Shown: piece by piece, positions 10,989-24,000 of the stretch | Layout of the letters: each line of letters starts with the position of its first letter | Position numbering within the stretch: position 1 is the first letter of the stretch | NCBI GenBank assembly: GCA_964247055.1 | Contig: OZ176051.1 | Coordinates: 12,710,001-12,774,000 of the forward strand | Length of the DNA: 64,000 nucleotides | Direction: 5' to 3' | From: Paragordius varius | Lineage: Eukaryota; Animalia; Nematomorpha | Made by a program: the position numbers and the translations under genes | Notes under the pieces: model-generated | Database searches by the model: none | Told to the model about the DNA's origin: nothing | The model's input: the letters and a program-made list of their open reading frames with translations, nothing else

Positions 10989-13900
10989 ATTAAAATACAG
11001 GTTATATATTTGTTAAAATTTAAGTAGATTTTGGATTGTTTTTGTTTTTATGTTATTCATTGTCAATTTTTATGTATTGACATTTTAATCAGGTAAAAAT
11101 TGCGGTTTTTAAATTTAGTCAAATTTAATTTTTTTGTTTTTTATTTAACATTGTTAATTGTAATTAATTACTACATATTTGGAAATTTTAAAAAATACAG
11201 GTAAAAATGGCGGTTTTTAACAAAATTCAAATTTAATTTTTTTTGTATCATTGTTATTAGTTATTAATTATCAAATATTTTCGACATTTAAAAAACATGT
11301 GAAAATTGCGGTTTTAAATAAAATTTAAATTTTTAATGTTTTGTTCAACCTTGCTAATTTATTCAAATGATAGTAATTTTTACCTGATATCAATGTATCA
11401 AAAATATATAATACATAATAAATTAGCGAAGTTGAACAAAACATTAAAAATTTTACTAATTTATTAAAAACCGCAATTTTCACCTGTTTTTAAATGTCCA
11501 AATATTTATTAATTAATAACAAATAACAATGATACAAAAAATGTTAAATTTAAAAAACTGCCATTTTCACCTGTATTTAAAATGTCCAAAATATGTAGTA
11601 ATTAATTACAATTAACAATGATACAAAATAAAAAAAATAAATTTGAAATTTGTTAAAAACCGCAATTTTTACCTGTATTTATTAAAATGACCAAATAAAT
11701 TAATTACAATTAACAATGCAAATCCTAAAAAACAAAAATTCAATTTTTATTAAATTTATTAAAAACTGCAATTTTTACCTGTAATTATTAAAATGTCCAC
11801 AATATGTAATTAATTACAATTAACAATAAAAAAATTTGAAACCCCCATTTTTACCTGTTTTTTTAAAATTTCCAATATGTAGTAATTAATTACAATTAAC
11901 AATGCAAATCCTAAAAAACAAAAAAATTAAATTTGACTAAATTTATTAAAAACCACAATTTTCACCTGTAATTATTAAAATTACAATATGTAATTAATTA
12001 CAATTAACAATATTAAATAAAAAACAAAAAAATTAAATTTGACTAAATTTAGAAACCGCAATTTTTACCTGATTAAAATGTCAATACATAAAAATTGACA
12101 ATGAATAACATAAAAACAAAAACAATTCAAAATCTACTTAAATTTTAACTAATATATAACCTGTATTTTAATTACTAATAACAACTATATAAAATAATAC
12201 CAATATCGATTAATACAGGTATTTATCATGTTGAAAAATAGTACCCATTTTACTATTTATTAAATTATTAAAGATAAAAACCCACAAAATTCCGCATCTA
12301 AATACGTAACAACAATATTTCAAATGTTAACATAAAATGCTATAATATTCTCAAAATTTAACATTACAAAATATTCATCAAATTTAAGTGAAGGGTTAGT
12401 AGTTAGTGTATTTTTATTTTTTTACTAAAGATTTCCGACGCCCTTCCCCTTCATTTTTTACTGTTTTAAAGAATATGATATGGTAATACCATATTGCTCT
12501 TGTTTTTATATTCTTTACCAAATATTAATACCCAATTAACGAAAAAAAGTAAATCTTTAACAATATAAAGTCTACATGACTGTACATCAAAATGATTCAT
12601 AAATATATATGGTCGTTTTTAGAAAAAATAATCAATTTTTATACTGTACATTTAATATGACATTATTGAGTTGATTAATTTAAAACTTTTAATTATTTCA
12701 AAATTATTAAGACTGATTCAATGAATTTAAAGGCGAATCTCAAACTTAATTCATTATCAAATCGGCGGAATATAACTAAGACAGCCTTAATTTAATATTC
12801 ACCCTTGAACAATTCATAACCCAAAATAAATTATGTGTTTTTAAAATTGAAAACTACCTATATTTTATTATATTTTTAAAAAATAAAATTTTGTAAATTA
12901 AAATCATACTGAAAAAATAATAAACTATGCCATTAAGATATATTTTATATTTATGATGAGTAATATTAGCCCGAAAACCCATAATTTATTTTTGGTCAAT
13001 TCGAATTGTTTAAGAATATTGAGGGTGAATTTGAATTCCAAAATTGTAAATAATTTTTTAAATGTTAAAATATGGTAAAAAGCATTTACGTTTGTTAATA
13101 TCATTATTCGAAAAATATTGTAAAATAAATTATTAATTTATTTGATTACCAAAAGTTATTTAGAATGACTACAACGTCAAATATTATCTAATGCGATTAT
13201 AATTCAAAAAATAATTTTATTAAAATAACTCAATATCCTTCTTTTCTGAAGACTTTATCAAGTAAGGGTTTGTGTAGAAATTTTGTATTATATAGTGGTT
13301 GACATAGTAACAATACTGAAAACCAGATTAAAAATATTGTAAACCATCTCTTTGAAAAAGTGCCAAGGGTTATGGTTATTTTTATAAATTAGACCTATGT
13401 TCGTCTACATGTCCCTAAAAATAGACTTTTGAGCAATTAAATGCCAAGAAATTTTTTAGTTCAACGTGCAGCCTTATTCAAATCCCATCATACTTTTTCC
13501 TCATATATAAATGGGCCAAAGGTAATTAAATCATTATTAAATTGGCTCCTTTATTGATCCCCCGGTCTGTAAAAAAACTATTTTATTTTCTAAAAAATAT
13601 TTAATTAAATCAATATTTTTAGTATAACATACGACCATTTTTGAAATCAATAAGTTACTTCACCTTTATACAATGTATTATACATTGTTAGTTTTTTAAA
13701 TATTGTCGATTGCCAGTAAAATTGAAATTATACGGTCATAACGTAAAATATAAAGACAATTTCTTTTTCAAAAGACTACCATCCTTTTTACTAAAATTAA
13801 TCTAAGAAAATCATTTGATAATTGTAAAATACGTAATTGTTGTACATATAATCACTGTGTTATAAACAAATCAAGGTATGTGTGGTTGTCTTTTGTAATA

Positions 13901-14207
13901 GACTCCAGATTCTATTCATATCCATTTGATACGTTTACTAATGCTAAAAAAGGCTATATTAAATTATTATCTACACTGTCATGCGCAACTATAATCCTTC
14001 AATTTATTTATTATTAAATAAGTCCTGCATTTAAGAGAATAACTATATTTAGTTAAACTCAGAATTTTACATTAATCCTAAATTGTGCTTCCATGTGCAA
14101 AATATATCTTGTTTCATGCAGGCAATACATATATAGCACACCCATGTAAATTTAGGCTGTTTCAACCAATTCCGCTGATTAAATGGATAAAGAGAGCATA
14201 TAATATA
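10989..14207 (-). repeat. Arm A' (inverted copy of 6255-9473)
   Basis: Direct reverse-complement comparison; includes a truncated inverted copy of the foldback element ending at 12582. Confidence 0.95.
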
Positions 14208-14405
14208 TGGTAATTCTTATACTTTTTTGACGAAAATGATATTATTATTACCATATAGCTCTTGTTTTTCCATTCTTTACCAAATATTTATATCCATTTA
14301 ACAAAAGATAATAAATTTTTTATAAAATAAAGGATACAACACTGTAAATTTATACATTATGAATGAGGGTTTTTGTACTTTAGAAAAAATACTGTTTTTT
14401 AGCAT
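14206..14405 (-). repeat. Segment C: inverted copy of 15927-16126 (200 bp)
   Basis: Coordinate sum is 30332 at both ends. It carries only half of the MITE that is intact at 15988-16215. Confidence 0.9.
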
Positions 14406-14411
14406 TTATGT

Positions 14412-15927
14412 TGTTTGTATAATATTAATTTTTATTGTACTTTTTTAAGGTATTTATAGTTTTTATATAGATATGGGTGCGTGAACAATTTTAACACTTC
14501 GATTCAAATTGGGGTATCTAAATACCCCAGACAAAATTTAAATTAAAATTTTTAAAAAACTACTGAAGGAAACGGTCCCAATTTTAATTTATGCTTCTAT
14601 CCTGATAAATATTATAAAAATATGCCAAAATACCTTGATAAAATTTTGTTTTGAAAAAAAAGCTCCATCTCAAACTACTTCGACGCCATTTTTATTTTAA
14701 AATTTTTTTGCAAAATATCGTTCTATTTTATTTTAAGGGTAAAACTAAAGCTAATTTTTTATATAAATTACATCTAACATTGATAGAAATAGAAAAAGCT
14801 GTTTAGTTTGTAAAATTTTTCAAGTTTACAATTTGACACATGTCAGGTTGACGAAATTTTACCTTTTGGTTTTAGCTTAAAATAAGTAATATCAAGTATT
14901 TTTGAATAATATTTTTTATATAATTCGGCTTATTAATGTTAGATAAGTGCAAAATTTTGCCATGGTTCTGATTCCTTCTATATTTTTTAAAGAATTTAAT
15001 TTTTAACAGGCCTGGGGTATCCAACTACCCCAATTTGAATCGAAGGACTATGAGTGTGTTGTATCCAAGTGTTAAACTGTAATCCTTTTGTAAATAAAAA
15101 AATAATTTATATTTAAAAACATTATAAATAGGTTTACAATTAAAATACATAATTTATCATATATGCATATTACCTACTTGGCAATTTAATGACAATTCAA
15201 AAAAATAAAGATATAGAAAGTACACTGGTGTTTGAAAATATTAATCTTTATTTTTTACGTTTTCTCCTTTAAGGTTCAGTTGAATAAATTAGTTAAAAGC
15301 AAACTGTTTTCAGTATGTATAATTGAATATGCAGAAATATCCAGATAAAATCTAAAAACCTAAAGACAACTCTTCATTCAAATGACCGCTCTATTTTTTA
15401 AATTTGCTTTTTTAGTAATTACTATTGTCAGCAAAAGTAGAGGTGTAAATTGATAACACAATTTATATTTTAAATTATTTAATTTACAGTCATGTAGACT
15501 TTATATTGTTAAAGATTTACTTTTTTTCGTTAATTGGGTATTAATATTTGGTAAAGAATATAAAAACAAGAGCAATATGGTATTACCATATCATATTCTT
15601 TAAAAAAGTAAAAAATGAAGGGGAGGGGCGTCGGAAATCTTTAGTAAAAAAATGAAAATACACTAACTACTAACTCTTCACTTAAATTTGATGGATATTT
15701 TTAATGTTAAATTTTGAGAATATTTTAGCAATTTATGTTAACATTTGAAATATTGTTGTTACGTATTTAGATGCGGAATTTTGTGGGTTTTTATCTTTAA
15801 TAATTTAATAAATAGTAAAATGGGTATTTTATTATTTATGGTTTATAATTAAATTCAATAATTACTATTTTTCAACATGATAAATACCTGTATTAATCGA
15901 TATTGGTATTATTTTATATTGTTATTA
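14412..15927 (-). repeat. Segment B': inverted copy of 9477-10987
   Basis: Reverse complement of the spacer between arms A and A'. It differs by small indels (a 1-bp homopolymer change near 14660, a 3-bp insertion near 14717). Contains the MITE copy at 14495-15071. Confidence 0.9.
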
Positions 15928-15987
15928 TGCTAAAAAACAGTATTTTTTCTAAAGTACAAAAACCCTCATTCATAATGTATAAATTTA

Positions 15988-16215
15988 CAGTGTTGTATCC
16001 TTTATTTTATAAAAAATTTATTATCTTTTGTTAAATGGATATAAATATTTGGTAAAGAATGGAAAAACAAGAGCTATATGGTAATAATAATATCATTTTC
16101 GTCAAAAAAGTATAAGAATTACCATAGAGCTCTTGTTTTTACCATTCTTTACCAAATATATATACCCATTTAACAAAAGATATAAATTTTTGATAAAATA
16201 AAGGATACATGACTG
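15988..16215. mobile_element. 228-bp TA-flanked MITE, short relative of the foldback element
   Basis: TA|CAGTGTTGTATCC...GGATACATGACTG|TA; shares the subterminal ATATTTGGTAAAGAAT..AAAAACAAGAGC.ATATGGTA with 7880-9916. Confidence 0.75.
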
Positions 16216-16654
16216 TAGTCATTGTAATTATATACCAGGAAAAGTATTTAATATGTTTGCAAACATTTATTGATTAAATGACATCGAAATTAAGCATATT
16301 TAATTATTAAGGAAAGAATTGAATATTGCATATTTATTTATAATGGTCTGGGACTAACATCACATCCATTCAAGCAAGCAATCTGTTCAGTAGTAAATGA
16401 TATTATACGGATGGAATTAAAAAATAAATCATCACACACAGCCATATTTTTAAAACTTGATTTTTCAATTGGATTGTAGATGAAGAAATAAAAAGTTAAT
16501 GTTGAAATAATTAAAGCTTAAAAAAGTATGGCTGTCTTTATAAGGAAATAGTTTTTATATTTTTACATGTTGTTGTTTGATATCAATTTTACTGTCAAAT
16601 ATAAGAAAACTTTGTTTAAACTTAAACATTATTTAATATAATCCTTATTTATCA

Positions 16655-16928
16655 CAGTAAAAATTGAAATTATACGGACAAAAGGTACAAATATAAAGAC
16701 AAAATTATCTAAAATACAGCCATACTTTTTAAATCTATTTTTGTTAAAATATAACACTTTAAAGGCCAAAGTATCGAATAGAGATGGATATTGGTAATAC
16801 AATCAATTACATATTTTACGATTGTTATTAAATGTTTATAGGATAAATTAGGGTTTGAAAAGGTATGCTTGTCTTTTAAAAAAATTTTGTATTTTTACGT
16901 TTTGTCCGTATTATTTCAATTTTTACTG
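16655..16928. mobile_element. CAGTAAAAATTG-type MITE (Tc1/mariner-like)
   Basis: TIR CAGTAAAAATTGAAATTATACGGACAAAA... / ...TTTTGTCCGTATTATTTCAATTTTTACTG|TA. Confidence 0.75.
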
Positions 16929-17649
16929 TAAATAGTTATTTATCAAGTAAGAAGTCCTTAACTTTTATAGTGGCCTAATTTTTAGACATTAATTTTATGG
17001 CTATTGTTTTTAATTTGTGCAATACAATAAAAATAACTCAGGGCTTATTTGATTAAATATTTTAAAATTATTGATAAAAAACTAAAAATAATTTATAAGC
17101 TTTTGGGGACGAATTTACTAAAAAAATGATGAGTGTACGGCTGTTTAAATAAAAAAGAATCAAATGGCTTTTTTATAAACAGTATGCCCATCAATGTTGA
17201 ACGATCAACAATACACTAGCGTATGGGTTACAGACAAAAAATGATTGAATGTACATTTTTTCTTCTATCGTATTACATTTAAATTTTATTAGTTATAAAT
17301 AAAATTTGTATTATATCATACGCTACTGTATGACCAACTGGTCAACACTGATGTCAATCGACCACATTAATATACATCCTCCATAAAAAGACCTTTAATT
17401 ATAGGATAAATGTGATAATTTTATTCAAATTAAACTTAATCACAGCAAAAAGTACCTTCAAAACGACATCATCATCCTTTGTTAGTTTGTAGATGACTTG
17501 AGCACCCGAACTTTTTTTTTAACTTCGATCCCGTCAAATTTTTCATTATGAATATGGGATATTTTCTTTTCCATTAACTTTTGTTTATTTTTCATGATGG
17601 CTAAACATTATAATTTTTTTTGATAATTTCATATAATATTGGCACTTTA

Positions 17650-17861
17650 CAGTAAAAACTCAAATTATACGGACAAAACGTAAAAATATAAAGACAAATA
17701 TATTTTTTTGAAAAGACAACCATAAGCCTTAATTTCTATATTATAATTTGTAGTTTAAAACAGTGAGTATTCAAAAAAATCAAGATATATGGTTGTCTTT
17801 TAGAAAAATATATATGTTTTTAAATTTTTACGTCTTGTCCGTATAATTTTAATTTTTACTG
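17650..17861. mobile_element. CAGTAAAAATTG-type MITE, complete with TA TSD
   Basis: TA|CAGTAAAAACTCAAATTATACGGACAAAACG...CGTCTTGTCCGTATAATTTTAATTTTTACTG|TA. Confidence 0.85.
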
Positions 17862-18137
17862 TAAGTTATGTTCGCTTTTAAGGTTGCGAGTAGCCCATTT
17901 ATAACCTCCTGCGAATTCTTTCAAAAGTACCAGAAAATTTATTAATAAATTTATTAATAAATGGCAAAACAAAAATAAAATAAACAATTTTTATTTTATA
18001 TTATACTGTTGGCGTTAATTTCTTTTCAATATATTAAAATTAATTTTGCGCTTTTTTTTAACAAATTCGGAGTTTGGAACCGGATGGGATTCAAATTTAA
18101 ATTTAAAAATGATTTTAAGATTATATCCTCTTGTATA

Positions 18138-18267
18138 CAGTAAAAAATGAATTTTAAAAGACAAATCTAAAATACAAAAAACCAAATATTTTTGTAAAAA
18201 AGGCAACCATACTTTTTTAACTTTGTTTTCCCAATTAAATAGTTTTGCCTTTCAAAACTAAGAACAG

Positions 18268-18299
<32 letters not shown>

Positions 18300-20165
18300 T
18301 TATAATTTTAATTAAATAGTTTATGTGGGAAAAATTAAAAAGTGTAGGTCGTCATTCCCCCGAATAAATAATTGTCTTTTATGCTGTCAGTATAATTTTA
18401 ATTTTTGCTACAAGTTAAATTCTCATTTAAAATAATCAAGGTTAAAAATGGTTTTTTGGCTTTTCTTTTCAAAAAAATATATTAGTCTTTTAATTTTTTT
18501 GTGTTTTGCCTCTATATACTTATAAATTTTTATTACTTAATTTTCCAGCATTGAAATAAAGGTCTCCATCACAGCTTCCCAAGGCGTTTGGCTTAATAGT
18601 TATATCCATGTCGTGAAAAACATGTTTTTTAGAGTTTAAATTACCGTGTTTGGTTTTAACAATGCAATCTATATATGGAAATATTCCCCCATACAGACAA
18701 AACGTAAAAATTTAAATACAAATACCTTATGCTAAAAACAACCATACTTTTAGATCTTCATTTTTTTGTATGCAAAGTGTGAAACTAAAACAATCTATGT
18801 GATATTCTACCATCGTTATTAAATAGCCTATGGAAAAATTTAGTTAAAATATGGTTGTCTTTAAAAATATTTGTCTTTATATTTTTACGTTTTGTCCGTA
18901 AAATTTCATTTTTATTGTGTATACATTATTTTTTTTCTTGATTTAAATACCATTCTTTGATTTTTACAGTAAAAATTGGAATTATACAGAAATCTAAAAG
19001 CAAATATTTAAAAGACCGCTTTAATTATTTAATCTTAATTTTATAAATTGTTTTAAAGAGTAAAATATGGTGTTAAGAGGTATATACGCAACACAAATAG
19101 TTTTAAATCAAGCTTTTAAAGATTATGATTATCTAAAAAAAATAATTTTTATGTTTTTTTGGTTTTGTCTCTGTATAATTTCATTTTTAATGTATATGTA
19201 TAAAAAGACTGACCTGATCTAACCATCACTGCAATTGACGCCAACACAAATATGGACAAAACCATTTTGTTAAGATTAACAAGGAAGCGAGACATTTTCT
19301 TTTTCAAAATAAATAGTAATGAGATTAAAAAATGTTTAATATAAAAAAATACTGGCCTTTTATAGTTATTCAAGTCCTATAAACATATTTTTGATGCCTA
19401 ATTCTTGTAATGCACTTATACATTATTTCGATGAATTGCAAGATTTTTTCGAATTAGCTGACTGTGCAAATATTTTGTAAAACTTATAAAAAATTGAGTA
19501 TGAATCTTCTAAGAATAGATTGCCAAAATTTGTTGAAATTTACAATAATAATAAGAAGCGGCACCATCTAAGTCAACACAGCAGGATCCTATTTTATAAA
19601 TATTATTTATATTATTTCTTATTTTTATCAATAATCATTGGGAAAATTGGCTCTCAAATAGCGAGAAAGCCTCCCAAGTGTGAATAGATTGCTTGTTAAC
19701 ATCTTTTCCAAAAATATTTTCGCTTATCACGCAAACTAATACTTTTATCTCATTTTTATAATTAATTTAAACAGCATAATAATTTTTACTATAAACATTC
19801 TAACATTACAAAATTAATCAAAGTGTTCCCATATGAATAATAATTGGATAATGGAACAATTAGCTTATTTTAGTTTTGGAAAGGTTAGTTACAGTAACAT
19901 TTGATATTATACAGACGAAAGGCAAAAATAAAATAAATATGTCATATGATTACACTTTGTGGTTTTTACTCCGTATCGCTATTAGCTCACTTATGGAAGC
20001 TAAATGCCTCATTCTGAAACATTATTCTATATTCTATGATGTATAAACTCCGAAAGTATTACACGACTATAAAATGAGCTACCTAAATGCAAACAAACAA
20101 CCATGTTTGGTTAATAAATTTACCAGATTATGACATCAAAATCAATTTATATTTAACTTTAAGCT

Positions 20166-20209
<44 letters not shown>

Positions 20210-20510
20210 TAAAAGCTAGTAAATTGCATTTGTGTATTATAATACTGGTATACGGACAAAACATAAAAATATAAGGACAAATATTTTTTATAAAAGACAA
20301 CCATACTTTTTTAAACCTTAATTTTCCAAAAATAACTTATTGTTTTTAAACTATTAAGTCTGAGGTTATTGGTAACACAATCCAATTAATTTGCAGTTTA
20401 AAACCAGATATATAAAAATTATTCAAGATTTAAAAACATGGTTGTCTTTTAGAAAAAAATATTTGTCTTTATATTTTACGTTTAGTCCGCATAATTTTCA
20501 TTTTTATTAT
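18138..20510. mobile_element. Cluster of further diverged copies of the same MITE (18138-~18410, ~18690-18917, 18967-19192, ~20245-20510)
   Basis: Each carries the ATACGGACAAAACGTAAAAATATAAAGACAAATA.../ACAACCATACTT TIR motifs in inverted orientation; outer ends are partly eroded. Confidence 0.65.
18537..19295 (-). CDS. Exons 1-2 of a candidate orphan secreted protein (19295-19214, 18668-18537)
   Basis: Exon 1 MSRFLVNLNKMVLSIFVLASIAVMVRS resembles a signal peptide and ends at donor G|GTCAGT (phase 1). Exon 2 follows acceptor ATATATAG and is open in the matching phase: DCIVKTKHGNLNSKKHVFHDMDITIKPNALGSCDGDLYFNAGKL, donor A|GTAATA. Downstream exons are uncertain. Confidence 0.4.
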
Positions 20511-20659
20511 AATTCCTAAAATATGCCCTAGATATAAATTAAAATTGAATTATTTAGTTTTCGTCCTATGCTCGACTGTGATAAACAAGGTAACCTCTGT
20601 ATAATTTCATGCAAAAACGCTAAGAAATCAACCTAAAAAAAGCCAATCGTCTTACCTGT

Positions 20660-21008
20660 TAATAACTGGGGACGACAATGTAAAGGTAACGGTAAATAAA
20701 TTTATTATATATTGTATATCACAAACACAATGCTTTATATCATGATCTATATATATATATATATATATATCTAAGATTTAGGTTTAATGTATTCACATAT
20801 ATCAAGGTGAGATGTTTGCTTATATCCAATTATCTCAAGGTATAATAATAATATTCACAAGTGGTGGGGAGGTTATAATAATATAAAAATAGTACACAGA
20901 TAAGTTAATAGGTTCATGTACTAATATATAACGAATGTTGTTTGTGTGGTTAATCTAATCGTGTAATAACAGGTCTATTCAAATTAGCCTGTCAGTTACA
21001 CTCTAACA
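20660..21008 (-). repeat. 3' LTR (349 bp)
   Basis: Direct repeat of 24927-25296 with about 8 substitutions plus indels; contains a (TA)n tract. Confidence 0.95.
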
Positions 21009-21026
21009 TCACTTCCCCCCCCCCCT
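21009..21026 (-). promoter_or_regulatory. Polypurine tract overlapping the integrase stop codon
   Basis: The - strand reads AGGGGGGGGGGGAAGTGA immediately before the 3' LTR (TGTTAGAG). Confidence 0.8.
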
Positions 21027-24000
21027 AACGAAAGCGGGCAGGTTTCTGCCGACTTCTTGTCGGGTACCGTCGTTCTTGTTTTTTAGCGGGGGAGTAGATT
21101 GTCTCAGGTTTCTGGGTATTATCATTATTTGGACTTTCGGCTGTCGGAGTATTGGTTCGATTTCGTCCCTTGAATTGATCGTGTTTGGTTGCATTTCAGC
21201 GATTGTTCCAACATCCGTGGCAGTGGTTACCTCCTCCTCATTTGTGTTGCTGGCAGTGGTCGGCTGTGGTTGTGGTTGTTGTACTATTTGGTCAGCGTGT
21301 TTCCTCACAACTTTATCTCGGTCCTTGTCCCATACCTTGTATGAAAATAACCCTGTACGGTCCGTAATCTCTCCGGCGCGCCACCCTGGACTTAATTCAT
21401 TTTTAATCATTACCTGGTCATTCATGGCAAACTGCCGTCGAGAGGTCGGTGCATCTAACAATCTCTCCCTACTATTTAACCAGGTTAAGGGCGTATGGGG
21501 GGTACGCTTGAACATTAACTGGGCCGGGGTTTCTTTCGTTGTTGAGTGTATAGAATTTCTATACGCCCATAAGCTAGTGTTAAACGCTTCGGGGGTGGAT
21601 AACCCATTGTTTTTTATTCTTTTGTATTTATTTTTTATTGTACCTACTAACCTTTCTACCATCCCATTACTCTTAGGGTGGTATGGGGTAACCTTAATAT
21701 GTTTCACCCCTAACGTACTTAATGTTGACGTAAAGTACTCGTTACTGAAATATGAAGCGTTATCGCTCACAATCTCTCTTGCAAAGCCAAACCTTGCAAA
21801 CGTTTCTTCTAATTTGTGGATTATTTTGGCTGCGGTTACCTTTTTCAAAATAAATCCTTCTGCCCATTTCGAGGCACTATCAATTATCAACAACCAATAC
21901 AAACCGTCTACCGGTCCGGCTATATCAATATGCAAACGCTCGCACACAGCAACATTATGATCCCACTGATACGTGGAATTCTGAGTATCATTCGGCCTAC
22001 TACGTTGGCACGATTCGCATTGACTACTGGCTTTAACCAGGTCATTTTCTAATTCTGACTAATAACACGTAAATCTGGCCATCGCTTTCATGGTCTCTAC
22101 GTTGTTATGCCCGCTGTGTAGGTATCTCACCACCTCTTTTTGGAGGGGCTTCGGAATTACTATCCGATCATTTAAACTTAATAAGCCATATTGATATGCT
22201 AACTCGTCTTTACGGTTTACAAACTTTTATAATTCTGGAGAACTCCAGTCATGGTTGTTTAACGCTTTAATTACTTATTGTAATACTGAATCTAATGCGG
22301 TTTCTTTTCGAATTTCATCTCTGCTTAACCGCACATTATGACAATTCAAAAATCTCAAATATCTGGTAACCGCATAATCTTCATCATAGGCAAAATCGGC
22401 CATCTCGATAAATGATCAGCTCTATTTTGAACCCCTTTTTGATGACTTATTTCAAAGTCGTATTCATTTATCATATTAATCCACCTTAGTATTTTAGCAT
22501 TATGTATCTCTTTTAAATTTCGACTATTTATTAACTTTACTAAAGGTAAATGGTCAGTTAATATTATAAATTTTCTACCATATATGAAATTATGAAACTT
22601 TCGTAACGCAAATAATATTGCTTTTAATTCCTTCTCTATAGTGGAATAATTCCTTTCAGCGTTGCTACACTTTTGTGAGGCATACGCTATCGGTAACCTT
22701 TCACTATTAACTTCATGACTTAGAATACATCCATATCCTAAATCTGACGCATCAGTTTCTATTATCAATTTCCTATTCGAATTATATGGTGTTAAAAACA
22801 CTTTTTCGCTTAACAAATTCTTAGCTGCTAACCAGCTTTTCTCATGTTTCTCGGTCCAACACCACGTATTCATACTAGTTAATTCATGTAAGGGGCCGAC
22901 TATCATTTGTAATTTTGGTATAAAGCGTTCATGAAATGTCAAAAAACCTAAAAAACTACGTAACGACTTTTTATCTACCGGCCTTTTTCTTAATTGCTTT
23001 GATTTTGCTTTCACACGGGCTTATACCCTTTTTCGATATTTCAAACCTTAAATAGTTTACTGATTCTGCGCTTATCATTATTTTATCTTGTCTTAATTTA
23101 AATCCGGCCTTATCGAGACGACTTAATACGTTATTTAAATTGTTAATGTGCTCATTTTCCGTCCTAGCAGTCACTAGGACGTCATCTAAATATACGCAAG
23201 TTCCCGGACTTTCAGCCAGCACTTGTTCCATCACTCTTTGGAAGATGATAGGTGCCGTGGCCGGTCCAAACGGCATGCGTTTGTATCTAAAAAAACCTTA
23301 TGTGTTGAGATAGTTAACAATTCTTGACACTCCTCTGCCACTGGCATCTGGAGGTAAGCATCTTTTAAATCAATTTTCGTGATTGTGATACCTTCACCTA
23401 TTTTCGTCACCAACTCATCAAACGTGGGGATTATGTGGGAGTCTTCTTGCAACCACTTATTAATCGTTACCCGAAAATCACTACATATTCTTAATTCGCC
23501 ATTCGGTTTAAGTACATTAACCGTAGGCGTGGCCCATGTCACAGGTGTGGTGTTACGATCAACCGGTTCTAAAATGCCTAACTTTTCTAGCCTCGTCAGC
23601 TCTTTCTCCACCTTTTCTCTTAATGGAAAAGGCACCCTGCGACATGGCCATACTTTCGGGATCGCATTCGCTGCAATTTACAGGGTCCTTATAACACCCT
23701 AACTTATTTTCGAATAAATTTTTAAAATTTTCACAAATTCATTCAATTTAAGATAATTAACTTTAACCTGTGGCATCTCAATCTGGAATTTCGCCATCCA
23801 GTCCAGTCCACAGATAAGCGGGGCCATCCCCATCGTTTTGAATAGGACACATATGTCCCCGACCATTTGTTTACCATTTACCTGGACCTTGACACTTGCT
23901 GTCCCCATAGCACTGCGGTATTGTTGTACGATTTTACTGGGGGTGTCGGACTCAGCTTGGGTTTACCGATTTGGTCCCATGTGGCAAAGTTTAATACACT

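Noticed and set aside
20657-20659. Canonical TG start (TGTTA...TAACA) for the left LTR
   Set aside because: These bases are missing from the other LTR and form part of the CCTGT target duplication.
21076-21960. 294-aa + strand ORF
   Set aside because: Antisense shadow of the integrase frame; no independent motifs. The same applies to the other short antisense ORFs in the LTR element, the LINE and the neurabin exons.
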